DNA of 32,000 bases from Candidatus Brocadia sp. (GCA_021650915.1 CP091279.1:2520001-2552000); one strand, 5' to 3'; counted from the first letter of the stretch, positions 13,931-28,867 are shown. Notes: generated by a model from the sequence alone, not told the origin. A program made the numbers and translations.

Positions 13931-15367
13931 TCACGCATCTATTTTTTTCTGCAAAAGTTCATTTACCACTTTTGGATTTGCCTTACCCTTGGTTTCCTTC
14001 ATAACCTGTCCCACCAAAAAGGTGAGGGCGTTTTTTTTCCCTTTTTTATAGTCTTCAATAGCGGCAGGGTTATCTGACAAAATCTTACCTATTACCGTTT
14101 CGATGAATCCCTGATCACTAATCTGTGTCAATTTCTTTTCTTCAATGATCACCTGAGGGTCCCTGCCTGTCTGAATCATTTCAGAAAACACTTCTTTTGC
14201 AATAGTAGAACTTATTGTGCCTTTTTCCACTATTTCAACTAAAGATGCTAATTGTTGCGGACGGATGGGTAACTGTTGAATATCCAGCTTCCTTTCATTC
14301 ACCTCTCTGAGTAAATCATTCGTAATCCAATTACAAAAAGCCTTCGGGCGATCTAGAATTTTTATACCGTCTTCAAAAAAGTCTGCAAGAATTTTTTCTT
14401 CGACAAGCAGGCTGGTGTCATAATCAGACAGTTTGTATCCTTCCATAAATCTTTGTTTTTTGGCCAAGGGAAGTTCCGGTATCGTCCCTTTTATTGCATC
14501 AAGCCACTTTTCATCAATCAACACCGGCAACAGGTCTGGCTCCGGAAAATACCGGTAATCCTGCGCCTCCTCCTTAGAGCGCATGCGGGCGCTCTTCTCG
14601 TTTACTTCATCCCATAATCTCGTTTCCCTTTCAATGGCTTCTCCTCTGTCTAAAGAAGCGGCCTGCCTCTTTGTCTCGTATTCAATAGCCTTGAGAACCG
14701 ACTTCATTGAATTCAGATTCTTTATTTCCACCCTGTTACCCAATGCCTCCGAACCTCTCTTCCTTAGTGAAATACTTGCTTCAAAACGCAGAGATCCCTC
14801 CTGCATTTTGCAATCAGACACTCCCGTGTAGAGAAGTATTTTTCTCAGGGTTTGCATGTAACTTTCCACCTCGTCAACGTTCCGCATATCCGGGTACGAC
14901 ACGATCTCAAGCAACGGGACACCCGCCCTGTTGAAATCAACGAGGCTATAATCTGCGCCGGATTCTTCAGAATGTATCAGCTTTCCTGCCTCTTCCTCCA
15001 AATGGACGTTATGAATACGAATCCTGTTCATCGTTCCATTCACACGAATATGCATAGAGCCGTCAACACCCAGATTATAATAATTTTGTGATGTCTGGTA
15101 ATTTTTCGGCAAATCGGGATAATAATAACTCTTTCGGTCGAAATTCGTAAACTCACCAATCTTACAGTTGAGAGCAATAGCTGCCTTCAACGCATATTCA
15201 AAGGCCTTTTTATTCATTACCGGCAAAACGCCCGGCATACCAAGGCACACCGGACATACCTGCGTATTTGGCCCGGCACCAAACTTTGTGCTGCATCCGC
15301 AAAATAATTTTGTTATCGTAGCCAACTCTGCATGAGTTTCCAAACCAATAACAACTTCATATTCCAT
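13931..15367 (-). CDS. gatB: Asp/Glu-tRNA(Asn/Gln) amidotransferase subunit B
   Basis: 478-aa ORF. MEYEVVIGLETHAEL, CPVCLGMPGVLP and a C-terminal YqeY-like tail. Confidence 0.95.
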   Translation of the reverse strand: MEYEVVIGLETHAELATITKLFCGCSTKFGAGPNTQVCPVCLGMPGVLPVMNKKAFEYALKAAIALNCKIGEFTNFDRKSYYYPDLPKNYQTSQNYYNLGVDGSMHIRVNGTMNRIRIHNVHLEEEAGKLIHSEESGADYSLVDFNRAGVPLLEIVSYPDMRNVDEVESYMQTLRKILLYTGVSDCKMQEGSLRFEASISLRKRGSEALGNRVEIKNLNSMKSVLKAIEYETKRQAASLDRGEAIERETRLWDEVNEKSARMRSKEEAQDYRYFPEPDLLPVLIDEKWLDAIKGTIPELPLAKKQRFMEGYKLSDYDTSLLVEEKILADFFEDGIKILDRPKAFCNWITNDLLREVNERKLDIQQLPIRPQQLASLVEIVEKGTISSTIAKEVFSEMIQTGRDPQVIIEEKKLTQISDQGFIETVIGKILSDNPAAIEDYKKGKKNALTFLVGQVMKETKGKANPKVVNELLQKKIDA

Positions 15368-15385
15368 ACGGAAAAGGCCTTTCGG

Positions 15386-16870
15386 TTATCTACTTTGTTC
15401 TGAAGAAGATTTCAATACCGGTTTCTTGGTATGAAAGTCAGTTTCCCGCTCAAAGGCGTAGGCGATTTGTAATAATTTTTTCTCTTCAAAATGTTTTCCA
15501 AGAATCTGCATACCGATGGGTAACCCTTCTTGTGAAAAACCACAGGGAAGAGAAATGCCTGGAATACCTGCAAGATTTGCAGGTATGGTATAAATGTCAG
15601 AAAGATACATTTCTAAAGGATTTTTTGCACGTTCACCTATCTTAAAACCCGGGACTGGCGACGTTGGACAAATGATGCAGTCAACTGTCTGAAAGGCAAC
15701 GTCAAAATCATTTTTTATCAAACTCCTGACCTTTGATGCCTTCAGATAGTAAGCGTCATAGTACCCGGAACTCAGTGCATAGTTACCCAACATAATGCGT
15801 CGTTTCACCTCGGTGCCAAATCCTTCTGACCGGGTACGGCAGTACAGATCAACAATTCCATGTGGCTTTGACGCCCTATACCCATACCGGACACCATCAT
15901 ACCGTGCTAAATTTGAGCTTGCCTCCGCATTTGCCACAATATAATAAACCGCAACGGCATACTCGGTATGTGGTAAAGAGACATCTATAATCTTTGCACC
16001 AAGCTGCTCATACCTCTTCAAAGCACCCTTCAGCGCGTTATGAACATCCCTGTTTAAACCATCAGCAAAATATTCTTTGGGAATGCCAATTCGCACGCCA
16101 CGCACCCCAGAATCAATCTCACGCAAATAATCAGGAACCGGCTCAGGTAGAGAGGTTGAATCATGGGAATCATGACCTGCAATTACTTCTAGCAAAAGGG
16201 CGGCATCTTTCACATCCCGCGTGAAGGTACCAATTTGATCCAGCGAAGAACCAAAGGCAATAAGACCAAACCGCGAAACTCTGCCATAGGTTGGTTTTAT
16301 CCCAACAACACCGCAGAGGGCCGCTGGCTGCCTGACAGAACCGCCGGTATCCGAACCTAAAGCCATGACGGATAAATCTGCGGCCACAGCTGCTGCCGAA
16401 CCGCCACTCGAACCACCCGGGACATATTCAGAATTCCAGGGATTCCTTGTTATTTTATAAGCAGAATTTTCCGTTGATGACCCCATCGCAAATTCGTCTA
16501 AATTCGTTTTTCCCAGTATTATAGCATCTTCTTCTTTTAGACGCTTAATTACGAAGGCGTCATACGGCGGGATAAAATTTTTGAGGATTTTTGAGGCACA
16601 AGTTGTGGATAAACCTTTTGTGCAAATATTATCTTTAACAGCAATAGGGACACCCGCAAGGAGACCGATATTCCCGGAGTTCTCAATCTTTTTCTCTAGT
16701 TGCGTTGCCCTCTTTATAGCGTCTTCTTCATTTATTGTGAGATATGCCTGAACATCGGTATCAATGTTTTTAATCCGATTTATGAAATGCTCAGTGAGGT
16801 CTATCGGACGTATTTCTCTGGATATGATTTTTGTTTTTATTTGAAGTGCTGTGTATTCAGAAAGTCTCAA
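15386..16870 (-). CDS. gatA: Asp/Glu-tRNA(Asn/Gln) amidotransferase subunit A
   Basis: 494-aa ORF. Amidase signature GGSSGGSAAAVAA and GSDTGGSVRQPA. Confidence 0.95.
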   Translation of the reverse strand: MRLSEYTALQIKTKIISREIRPIDLTEHFINRIKNIDTDVQAYLTINEEDAIKRATQLEKKIENSGNIGLLAGVPIAVKDNICTKGLSTTCASKILKNFIPPYDAFVIKRLKEEDAIILGKTNLDEFAMGSSTENSAYKITRNPWNSEYVPGGSSGGSAAAVAADLSVMALGSDTGGSVRQPAALCGVVGIKPTYGRVSRFGLIAFGSSLDQIGTFTRDVKDAALLLEVIAGHDSHDSTSLPEPVPDYLREIDSGVRGVRIGIPKEYFADGLNRDVHNALKGALKRYEQLGAKIIDVSLPHTEYAVAVYYIVANAEASSNLARYDGVRYGYRASKPHGIVDLYCRTRSEGFGTEVKRRIMLGNYALSSGYYDAYYLKASKVRSLIKNDFDVAFQTVDCIICPTSPVPGFKIGERAKNPLEMYLSDIYTIPANLAGIPGISLPCGFSQEGLPIGMQILGKHFEEKKLLQIAYAFERETDFHTKKPVLKSSSEQSR

Positions 16871-16896
16871 AGATACTTCTCTTATCTCAAATATCG

Positions 16897-17190
16897 TTAT
16901 TCAATTACCTTTGGTACTTTAAAAAACACACCATGCACGGCAGGAGCATTCATCTGGGTATCTTCAAAAGGGAGGGATGATTCCAACGTATCGTCCCGAA
17001 AGACATTGGTTGCAGTAACAGCAGATGACAATGGTCTAACAGTTTCAGTATTCAACCTGTTAAGCTTTTCAATGTAAGATAAAATATCGCGGAGCTGATA
17101 AACAAAGGTCTCTTTTTCAATCTCAGAAAGGTCGATTCTGGAAAGATTGGCTATATATTCAATGTCTTTCTTGTCGATCTGCATACCCAA
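16897..17190 (-). CDS. gatC: Asp/Glu-tRNA(Asn/Gln) amidotransferase subunit C
   Basis: 97-aa ORF with a typical GatC N-terminus (IEYIANLSRIDLSEIEKE). Positioned directly upstream of gatA. Confidence 0.9.
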   Translation of the reverse strand: MGMQIDKKDIEYIANLSRIDLSEIEKETFVYQLRDILSYIEKLNRLNTETVRPLSSAVTATNVFRDDTLESSLPFEDTQMNAPAVHGVFFKVPKVIE

Positions 17191-17212
17191 GACTAACGAA
17201 TCTATTTTTTTA

Positions 17213-17443
17213 TTATAAAGCCTTTGTTACCTTGCCTGCACTAATACATCGGGTACAAACCTTGATTCTTTTTACCGTACCTTCTACATTCGCCCTCACC
17301 CTTTGCAGGTTTATCTTAAACTTCCTTTTCGTTTTACCGGTAATCTTTTTTCCCACACCACCCTTCCATTTGGCTAAACCTCTGCGTTCTATCTGATTTC
17401 CCACACGGGTTTTTTTCCCGCACATTACGCATACTTGAGACAT
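17213..17443 (-). CDS. rpmB: 50S ribosomal protein L28
   Basis: MSQVCVMCGKKTRVGNQ...NLQRVR is typical L28. I prefer ATG 17443 (GGAGG about 10 nt upstream) over the track's GTG at 17452, which abuts the SD. Confidence 0.9.
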   Translation of the reverse strand: MSQVCVMCGKKTRVGNQIERRGLAKWKGGVGKKITGKTKRKFKINLQRVRANVEGTVKRIKVCTRCISAGKVTKAL

Positions 17444-17487
17444 AACCGACACCTCCGCTTTTGGAATTTTATCTGTTACTTTTCAGC

Positions 17488-17922
17488 TCACGTCATTTTT
17501 TTGCAATCTTCACAGAAACCCTGAATCTGTAATCGGTGAGATTCCGGTTCGAATTTGTTTCTTCTGCAAACTTCATCCTGCAATTTTTCAATCCTATTCT
17601 CTACGAACTCAATTATTTTTCCACAGCCATTACAGACAAGATGATCGTGGTGCTCATGTCCGTATACTTGCTCATAGTGCGCATGCCGTTCACCAAAAAT
17701 CACTTCTCTCAATAAGCCACTTTTTACAAGCAAAGAAAGGGTACGGTAAATCGTAGCCTTTGAAATTTTCAGCTTATTTTGCCTAAGGTCAACGAGTAAC
17801 TCGTCTGCTTCAAAATGCTTATGGTTTGCAAATGCCCGTTCAAGTATTGCCTGTCTTTCCGTGGTAAATTTTAAATTTTTTGACTCGAGAAATTCTCGGA
17901 ATATATCTTCTTTTGAAAGCAT
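17488..17922 (-). CDS. fur: Fur-family metalloregulator (Fur/Zur/PerR type not resolved)
   Basis: 144-aa ORF. Winged-helix N-terminus, HEHHDHLVCNGCG and a C-terminal CEDC pair. Confidence 0.85.
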   Translation of the reverse strand: MLSKEDIFREFLESKNLKFTTERQAILERAFANHKHFEADELLVDLRQNKLKISKATIYRTLSLLVKSGLLREVIFGERHAHYEQVYGHEHHDHLVCNGCGKIIEFVENRIEKLQDEVCRRNKFEPESHRLQIQGFCEDCKKMT

Positions 17923-17971
17923 ATCTACCTTTCAAATGATATTTATTTTTATAATATATTCTGTATTAAAC

Positions 17972-18005
17972 AAAAAACCCATCCCGAAAATCGGGACGGG
18001 TTTTT
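17972..18005 (-). terminator. Rho-independent terminator of the rRNA operon
   Basis: 10-bp stem (17978-17987 with 17991-18000) and a 3-nt loop. On the minus-strand RNA the single imperfect pair is G-U and the stem is followed by U6; on the plus strand it would be an A-C mismatch. Confidence 0.75.
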
Positions 18006-18013
18006 AAGAATAT

Positions 18014-18123
18014 TCCCGGCAGTGACTTACTCTCCCGGCTTTCGCCAGTACCATCAGCGTAAAAAGCTTAACTACCGTGTTCGGAATGGGAACGGGTGTT
18101 TCCTTCTTACTATGCCCACCGGA
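18014..18123 (-). rRNA. rrf: 5S ribosomal RNA
   Basis: The reverse complement contains CCGAACACGGTAGTTAAGC and GATGGTACTGG blocks that align to bacterial 5S, with complementary termini. The ends are +/- a few nt. Confidence 0.85.
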
Positions 18124-18192
18124 AAAAAATATCATGAAGTACTTAACGGTAACAATTGATACTATCAATTGCAGATCAGAAGAAAATAAAAA

Positions 18193-21194
<3,002 letters not shown>

Positions 21195-21256
21195 TTTATG
21201 CCATCTTATTTAATCCGCAATTGAGGATCAAATTGCTACCCGTTAAGTATTCATTT

Positions 21257-21267
21257 TTCAAAGAACA
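21257..21267 (-). promoter_or_regulatory. boxA-like antitermination element in the spacer upstream of 23S
   Basis: The minus strand reads TGTTCTTTGAA, similar to the rrn boxA consensus TGCTCTTTAACAA. Confidence 0.4.
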
Positions 21268-21309
21268 ATAAATTTAAATCACACCCTAAATCATTAAGTT
21301 GACCTAAAG

Positions 21310-21385
21310 TGGTGGAGATGAGCGGGGTCGAACCGCCAACCTCTGCCTTGCAAGGGCAGCGCTCTCCCAGTTGAGCTACATCCCC
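21310..21385 (-). tRNA. tRNA-Ala (anticodon UGC), CCA encoded
   Basis: Reverse complement: GGGGATGTAGCTCAACTGGGAGAGCGCTGCCCTTGCAAGGCAGAGGTTGGCGGTTCGACCCCGCTCATCTCCACCA. It forms a cloverleaf and carries the G3:U70 identity pair. Confidence 0.95.
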
Positions 21386-21409
21386 CTGTATATTCCAATA
21401 TTTAGATAG

Positions 21410-21484
21410 TGGGCCTAAGTGGACTCGAACCACTGACCTTTCCCTTATCAGGGGAATGCTCTAAACCAACTGAGCTATAGGCCC
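21410..21484 (-). tRNA. tRNA-Ile (anticodon GAU)
   Basis: Reverse complement: GGGCCTATAGCTCAGTTGGTTTAGAGCATTCCCCTGATAAGGGAAAGGTCAGTGGTTCGAGTCCACTTAGGCCCA. Confidence 0.95.
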
Positions 21485-21560
21485 AACATAACCTCTCTCA
21501 TCCCTTTGGGCCCACAATCCAAAATCTAGAAGCCATTGCGTGCGAAGCAGGCATGAAAAA

Positions 21561-23159
<1,599 letters not shown>

Positions 23160-23273
23160 AATTATACATTATAAAGGCTCCAAGCATAGCCCAGAGATCT
23201 TAACTTCTTATGAACTCAAAAAGCTGATTTTACATCAGCAGCACTACTCGCACGCATTTGACTTCTATATTTT

Positions 23274-23284
23274 TTAAAAGAGCA
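23274..23284 (-). promoter_or_regulatory. boxA-like element in the rrn leader
   Basis: The minus strand reads TGCTCTTTTAA, between promoter P2 and the 16S 5' end. Confidence 0.45.
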
Positions 23285-23314
23285 AACTAACTACTTATCA
23301 TTCAGAGATCGGTT

Positions 23315-23342
23315 ATTATATACTCGTTTATAAATTAATCAA
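23315..23342 (-). promoter_or_regulatory. rrn promoter P2, TTGATT-N16-TATAAT, with an A/T-rich UP-like tract upstream
   Basis: -35 at 23337-23342 and -10 at 23315-23320 (minus strand), about 150 nt upstream of 16S. Confidence 0.55.
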
Positions 23343-23397
23343 GAAAAAAATAAAATTTTCTTAAAAATTTATTTTTTTCACTTCGAGTACAAAGGCA

Positions 23398-23425
23398 ATT
23401 ATATTAAAAAAACCTTTAATTGCAA
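23398..23425 (-). promoter_or_regulatory. rrn promoter P1, TTGCAA-N16-TATAAT, with an A/T-rich UP-like tract upstream
   Basis: -35 at 23420-23425 and -10 at 23398-23403 (minus strand). This gives a tandem arrangement with P2. Confidence 0.55.
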
Positions 23426-23532
23426 ATACAAAATTCTTTTTAAAAAAGATTCCTCAGAACAAACAGCAATTTCATCAAAATCCTTTCTCTTAATTCTCAG
23501 TCGTGTCCACAACCAAACAGCATACCCAACGA

Positions 23533-23748
23533 CTAAAGGGTGTCCTCCAGCGCGAATCCTACCTTGAGTATAACCTCCCAGCGGGCAATCTTGCCATTTT
23601 CAATACGCCCTCTAGTCTCGACGACCTGAAACCACCGCATATTGCGTAAGGTCTCCGAAGCCCTTGAAAGTGCGTGTTGAATAGCCTCTTCCATCGTCGT
23701 TGTAGAAGTACCTACCAATTCAATTACTTTATATATGTGGTCATCCAT
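23533..23748 (-). CDS. Dodecin family flavin-binding protein
   Basis: 71-aa ORF. YKVIELVGTS...EEAIQHAL...TLRNMRWFQVVETRG...KVGFALE closely follows the bacterial dodecin pattern. Confidence 0.85.
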   Translation of the reverse strand: MDDHIYKVIELVGTSTTTMEEAIQHALSRASETLRNMRWFQVVETRGRIENGKIARWEVILKVGFALEDTL

Positions 23749-23940
23749 TTAACATCTCCCCCCGATTTTGAATAAAAACCCAAACTGATTCATAGCGCCA
23801 CTACTTTTTTACAACAATTTTATTCGCTCAATCGCCTATAAGAAAAAACCTGTCTTTTCCGAATCATAGCATACGGCAAGGCTTACCCCCTGATTATCTG
23901 CCTTGGAACCTGGCATGAACGTCCTGCTGGGCAGCCCCCC

Positions 23941-25638
23941 CTACCTCCTCTTTTTCATGCAAAAAGCTTTCACTTTCTCAAAGGGAAGCGTATTTAATAC
24001 ATCTTTGGCTTCCAGCCATCCTCTGCGCGCTATCCCCACACCTAATTCCATCATCCACATTTGATCCAGATGATGGGCATCCGTACTAATCGCAACCACA
24101 ACTCCCGCCTCCTTTGCCTTTCTGCAATTGATGTCATTCAGATCGAGCCGATCATAATAGCAATTGATCTCAAGAGCGGTACCGGTCTCCAAACAAGCTT
24201 CAATTACCTTATCCATATCTACTTCATATCCCGCACGTTTACTGATCAAACGGCCTGTAGGATGGGCAATAATATTCACGTATGGATTATGAATTGCCGC
24301 AACCATGCGTCCGGTAATCTTATCTTTTCCCTGCTTAAAACCACTATGAATCGACGCAACAACAACATCCAGCTTTTCCAGGAGTTTATCAGAAAAATCC
24401 AGTGCACCGTCGGCCTTAATGTCTACCTCGGTGGATTTGAGCAACGTAAACCTTTTAAACGTTTTGTTCAACCGGTCTATCTCCTCAATCTCTTCAAGCA
24501 GTTCTTCTTCTTTCAGACCATTTGCTACATGAAGCGACTTTGAATGATCCGAAACCGCGAGATAGTGGTAATCCATTTTCATGGCATATGCGGCCATTTC
24601 TTCGAAGGTAGGAATACCATCGCTCCAGTTGGAATGATTGTGGAGATCTCCTTTAATATCTGAGAATTCAATAAGCTTTGGCAATTTTCCCTCCTGAGCA
24701 GCCTCAATCTCCCCCCTGTTTTCACGCAGTTCTGGTGGTATCCAGTCCATCCCCAACATTTTGTAAATCTCATCTTCGAACGTTCCTCCGACCTTTTTAT
24801 CTCCCTGGAAAATACCATATTCACTGATCTTGAATCCCTTTTTTTTAGCAATCTCGCGCAGATGGATATTGTGTTCCTTCGAACCGGTAAAATACTGCAA
24901 CGCTGAACCAAACTCATCTTGAGAAACAACCCTCAGGTCTACTTGAACACACTCCTCAACCCGAACGCTACCTTTGGTGTCACCCGATGCCAATACCTGA
25001 GTCACCCCCGGCATAGCGACAAAAGCCTTTACAATATCCGCCCCATTTGCACCAGATACGAGAATATCTATATCGCCTACCGTTTCTTTCATTCTCCGCA
25101 ATGAGCCGGCAGCCTGAATATCCGCAATCTGTGAATTATGCTGCAACCCTGTGATAATCCTTTTCACAATAGGATATGCCATCCCAATAGATATTCGCTG
25201 CTGACTTGTCTTGAATAATTCAATGCCTTTGATGATATTTTCAATTTTCTTTTCACCAATCCCAAATAACCCTTTTAATTTACCCTCACGCAAGGCGTTC
25301 TCAAGATCAGCCAACCCAACGATCCCTAGTTCCCTACTTAACATCGCTACGGTCTTTGGACCTAAACCCGGTATTTGCATCAGGGCTACCGTTTCTTCAG
25401 AAATCCCCTTCTTAATTTCTTCGTATTTTGCCATCTTCCCGGTGTTAATATACTCAATAATTTTTTCCGCTGTCCCCTCCCCTATACCAGGAATGTCCGT
25501 CAATTTCCGTGCCTTGGCAATCTCTTCAATATCATCTGTCAAATCCCCGATTACCCGCGCAGCCTTTCGGTATGAATTAATCCTGAAAGTATTTTCGCCT
25601 TTGAGTTCCAGGATGTTGGCAATTCGTTCGAGCAACAA
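23941..25638 (-). CDS. polX: DNA polymerase/3'-5' exonuclease PolX (Pol beta-like domain plus PHP domain)
   Basis: 565-aa ORF. HhH motifs ([21 protein letters not shown]), [16 protein letters not shown] nucleotidyltransferase motif and PHP histidines ([21 protein letters not shown]). Confidence 0.9.
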   Translation of the reverse strand: MLLERIANILELKGENTFRINSYRKAARVIGDLTDDIEEIAKARKLTDIPGIGEGTAEKIIEYINTGKMAKYEEIKKGISEETVALMQIPGLGPKTVAMLSRELGIVGLADLENALREGKLKGLFGIGEKKIENIIKGIELFKTSQQRISIGMAYPIVKRIITGLQHNSQIADIQAAGSLRRMKETVGDIDILVSGANGADIVKAFVAMPGVTQVLASGDTKGSVRVEECVQVDLRVVSQDEFGSALQYFTGSKEHNIHLREIAKKKGFKISEYGIFQGDKKVGGTFEDEIYKMLGMDWIPPELRENRGEIEAAQEGKLPKLIEFSDIKGDLHNHSNWSDGIPTFEEMAAYAMKMDYHYLAVSDHSKSLHVANGLKEEELLEEIEEIDRLNKTFKRFTLLKSTEVDIKADGALDFSDKLLEKLDVVVASIHSGFKQGKDKITGRMVAAIHNPYVNIIAHPTGRLISKRAGYEVDMDKVIEACLETGTALEINCYYDRLDLNDINCRKAKEAGVVVAISTDAHHLDQMWMMELGVGIARRGWLEAKDVLNTLPFEKVKAFCMKKRR

Positions 25639-25857
25639 TGCTATTTCATGATTTTTCAGGGAAAATACTCCTCGTCTTTATACTCAAAAAACACAAGGAC
25701 TTTTACATGATCCTTCTATTGATTCAGCAACATTCAATCCAACTTCAATTTTCTCCGAGCCCTTGAAAGCACAAGGTTAATCGCCGAATGCTGATGAGGA
25801 TTCTATCCGATTTCCACGATTATAGCAGCGGAGACAGAACACATCAATTTTTATTTG

Positions 25858-25887
25858 TTGACACACATAGGAAACTTTTAGCATAAT
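25858..25887 (+). promoter_or_regulatory. Putative promoter TTGACA-N18-CATAAT upstream of mtnP
   Basis: Consensus -35 at 25858-25863 and -10-like at 25882-25887, leaving a leader of about 115 nt. Confidence 0.35.
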
Positions 25888-26003
25888 TCACCCGTCCCGG
25901 TTTTTTTGATTACCAACACAGACACTCAGGATTTACAGGCCTTGAGAAACCAAACTTTTTGCACCTCTGTGTCAAAAGGTGCTACAAAAAGGAGAAAGAG
26001 TAC

Positions 26004-26867
26004 ATGGGAGAGCAAATGGTCGGTATAATTGGCGGCAGCGGCCTTTATAATATCGAAGGAATTAAGGACGTCAAATCTGTATCCATTGAAACGCCGTTTG
26101 GCAAACCTTCCGATAGTTTTACCGTAGGCACTCTGGAAGGCCGTAGGATAGCCTTTCTGCCACGACACGGTAAAGGACATACCATTTTACCTTCTGAGCT
26201 AAACTTCAGAGCTAATATTTACGGGATGAAAAAGCTGGGCGCAGAACACATCATCGCCGTCAGTGCTGTAGGGAGCATGAAGGAGGAAATAAAACCTTTA
26301 GATATCGTGATTCCGGATCAATTTTTTGACAGAACACGGGGCAGGATTAGCACGTTTTTTGGAGAAGGGATTGTTGGTCATGTAAGTTTTGCCGACCCCA
26401 TATGTGGCATCCTGGCCGATACCCTCTATCATGCGGCAAAATCAACAGGCACACAAACCCACAAAGGCGGCACGTATTTGTGCATGGAAGGCCCTTTGTT
26501 CTCCACACGTGCAGAATCACACGTCTACCGTCAGTGGGGAGTGAGTATTATTGGTATGACGAACCTCCAGGAGGCAAAGTTAGCGAGGGAGGCTGAGATC
26601 TGTTACAGTACCCTTGCCATGGCTACGGACTATGACTGCTGGCATGTGAGCGAAGAAGTTGTAACCCTTGAAATGATTATTGGAAATTTGAATAAAAACG
26701 CCGAAACCGCAAAACGAATCCTCAAGGCTGCTATTCCTAAAATTGAACTCAAAAGAACCTGTACCTGCGCTACGGCCGTCCAGAATGCCATTGTAACGCA
26801 CAAAGACCTCATTCCAGAAAGCACCAAAAAGAAACTGGATATTATCTTTGGTAAATACCTGAGATAA
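26004..26867 (+). CDS. mtnP: S-methyl-5'-thioadenosine phosphorylase
   Basis: VGIIGGSGLY, FLPRHGKGH and SAVGS motifs. I prefer ATG 26004 (AGGAG 9 nt upstream) over the track start at 25959. Confidence 0.85.
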   Translation: MGEQMVGIIGGSGLYNIEGIKDVKSVSIETPFGKPSDSFTVGTLEGRRIAFLPRHGKGHTILPSELNFRANIYGMKKLGAEHIIAVSAVGSMKEEIKPLDIVIPDQFFDRTRGRISTFFGEGIVGHVSFADPICGILADTLYHAAKSTGTQTHKGGTYLCMEGPLFSTRAESHVYRQWGVSIIGMTNLQEAKLAREAEICYSTLAMATDYDCWHVSEEVVTLEMIIGNLNKNAETAKRILKAAIPKIELKRTCTCATAVQNAIVTHKDLIPESTKKKLDIIFGKYLR

Positions 26868-27292
26868 AACAATCATTAAAACGGCTTTTTCCAATGCAGA
26901 TTATTTCACTATGGAACAGGGAGGAGCGGTATTTCCCAAGATCGCCGCTAAAATAAATAACTCTGTCAAGGTCAGTTTGTCGCTTACTCTGCATAACCAT
27001 CTTTTTTGGTAACTTTTTTCCTATCCCCTCTGATTCCCCTTTGGTAAGAAAGGCTTGGTTAATGAATGTACACGTAAATTCCGGTCGATGATCATTCTGG
27101 GGAAAATGCATTTCGTAGAAACCTTAGAGGAAAAAAATATGGGGTGGATATCCTCTTACAACACCTGGAGAACAACCCTGATAAAATTAGGCAGGAATCT
27201 TTGTCGAATGCCGTGGTTTACCGGAACCTGGGGATTTTAAGATTGGATGTTATGGAAATCCGGGGTAAGTGGGAAAGATAAGAGGGCATCAC

Positions 27293-27553
27293 ATGAACTG
27301 CAGAATCGGTTGCGGGGCATGTTGTATTGCGCTGTCGATTTCGTCTTCCATTCCCGGCATGCCGGACGGAAAACCTGCCGGCGTCCGTTGTCCGCAACTC
27401 AGTCCGGATAATCGCTGCCTTGTCTTCGGCAAGCCGGAAAGGCCGGCAGTCTGCCTGAGCCTGCGGCCGCGGGAAGAGATGTGCGGACGAACCTCCGAAG
27501 AAGCACACGCATATCTGGAATTCCTCGAACAATGCACAGATCCTTCCTGCTAA
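27293..27553 (+). CDS. YkgJ/UPF0153-type cysteine-cluster (CxxCxxCC) protein
   Basis: MNCRIGCGACCIAL plus downstream Cys residues. I chose the ATG at 27293 (AAGAGGG upstream) rather than the track start at 27269. Confidence 0.55.
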   Translation: MNCRIGCGACCIALSISSSIPGMPDGKPAGVRCPQLSPDNRCLVFGKPERPAVCLSLRPREEMCGRTSEEAHAYLEFLEQCTDPSC

Positions 27554-27595
27554 TACCTCTGGATTTGACTTCCGGTCCGGAGATACTCGAACCTA

Positions 27596-28681
27596 TCATT
27601 GCGGTGTTTTTTCTGCCTTGCGGAAGGCAGTCATGCCACCGCTCATATTGAGTACCTTTCTGAAACCGGCTTTCAGCAAAAGAGCGGCAGCGGTGTGCGC
27701 CCGCGCCCCGCTCCGGCAAATGGTAACGATCTCCTTTTCTTTAAACTTTTCCAGCTCTTTCAATCTTTGCGCCACCTGTCCTACCGGGATATTCAGCGCA
27801 CCCGGAATAACTCCCAGCTCACCTTTGAGTTCTGCAGGTTCCCGGACGTCCAGGATAACTGTGCCATCGAGTTGTTTCGTTCCCAAACGGCGTCTGACCT
27901 CAGCAATGGTAATGGTGGGTACCTGCTGCTCCATAAGGTCAGGGGACATAGTGCCCTTCATTTCACACGAGGGGGTATCAGTCGGGATATGCGTTGCACT
28001 GGGATCACGGGTGCAGGCATAATTGGCCTTAAGCACATCATTCATCCAATCGGCCGGACCGAGCTTCATGTCGGTAAGCCATTTGATATATGCCTCTTTC
28101 GGGCGGGATTGTAAATTCGGATTACGCTTTTTTTGCTCACCCAGACTGGATGGTTCCCGGCCACGATACTCATGGGCAGGATATACGACTAAATGATCAG
28201 GTAATTTCATGATCTTTTGCAGAGATTCCCAGTGTTCGCCGGCGTCCCCTCCGGGCAGATCGGTGCGTCCTGCCCCACCGTCGTCTAAAAACAATGTATC
28301 TCCGGTTAAGATGCGGTCTGGGAAGATCAGACACATGCTGTCCTTCGTATGGCCGGGTGCGTGCATGACCTTCACGGGCATATCACTCAAGTGACAGTCG
28401 AACCCGTCAGGAACGCGGAAGCCCACACAGCGGACAGGGGAATTTTGGTGCATGACGTATACAGCGCCCGTGTGATCAACAAGCGCTCCGGCGCCGGAGA
28501 GGTGGTCTGCGTGAGTATGGGTATCCAGCACATGGGTTAGTTTTAACCCTTCATCTTTAAGAAGGGACACGTATTCGTTTACCTGCGGCAGCACAGGATC
28601 CACGATTATTACTTCTTTTGTCGCTTCAGAACCAACGAGGTAGGTTTTACATGCAATCTTGTTTAGCTGTTTAAAGATCAT
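27596..28681 (-). CDS. MBL-fold persulfide-dioxygenase-like domain fused to a rhodanese domain
   Basis: 361-aa ORF. THTHADH metallo-beta-lactamase motif in the N-terminal half, and rhodanese active-site loop CRSGARA near the C-terminus. Confidence 0.75.
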   Translation of the reverse strand: MIFKQLNKIACKTYLVGSEATKEVIIVDPVLPQVNEYVSLLKDEGLKLTHVLDTHTHADHLSGAGALVDHTGAVYVMHQNSPVRCVGFRVPDGFDCHLSDMPVKVMHAPGHTKDSMCLIFPDRILTGDTLFLDDGGAGRTDLPGGDAGEHWESLQKIMKLPDHLVVYPAHEYRGREPSSLGEQKKRNPNLQSRPKEAYIKWLTDMKLGPADWMNDVLKANYACTRDPSATHIPTDTPSCEMKGTMSPDLMEQQVPTITIAEVRRRLGTKQLDGTVILDVREPAELKGELGVIPGALNIPVGQVAQRLKELEKFKEKEIVTICRSGARAHTAAALLLKAGFRKVLNMSGGMTAFRKAEKTPQ

Positions 28682-28867
28682 TTATTCCCCCCTTTAGAAA
28701 TTTAGCCCATAATCGCGTATCAGGAATTCCGCCAAAAACATTTGATTAGCCGGGATATAAAGCCGATCTCTGCCTGAGACGCCAGGTTATTTATCAGCAG
28801 CTTATGTCCTATTACCTTCCCGTGGAGAATTTATTTTGTGAAATCAGCAAGATAATTTTATCCAGGA

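Noticed and set aside
13728-14051. ORFs 13728-13934 (-) and 13839-14051 (+) spanning the heptamer repeat
   Set aside because: They overlap the ends of the CDGSH and gatB genes. Their repetitive peptides (AEGRRQKAEG / FCLLPSAFCLL) derive from a 7-nt repeat that cannot maintain a frame if the copy number changes.
25888-26003. Possible riboswitch in the about 115-nt mtnP leader (hairpins CTCAGG...CCTTGAG and GCACC...GGTGC)
   Set aside because: I could not match it to any SAM, SAH or MTA-related riboswitch consensus from memory. The short hairpins alone are not evidence. It is worth an Rfam scan but is not supported.
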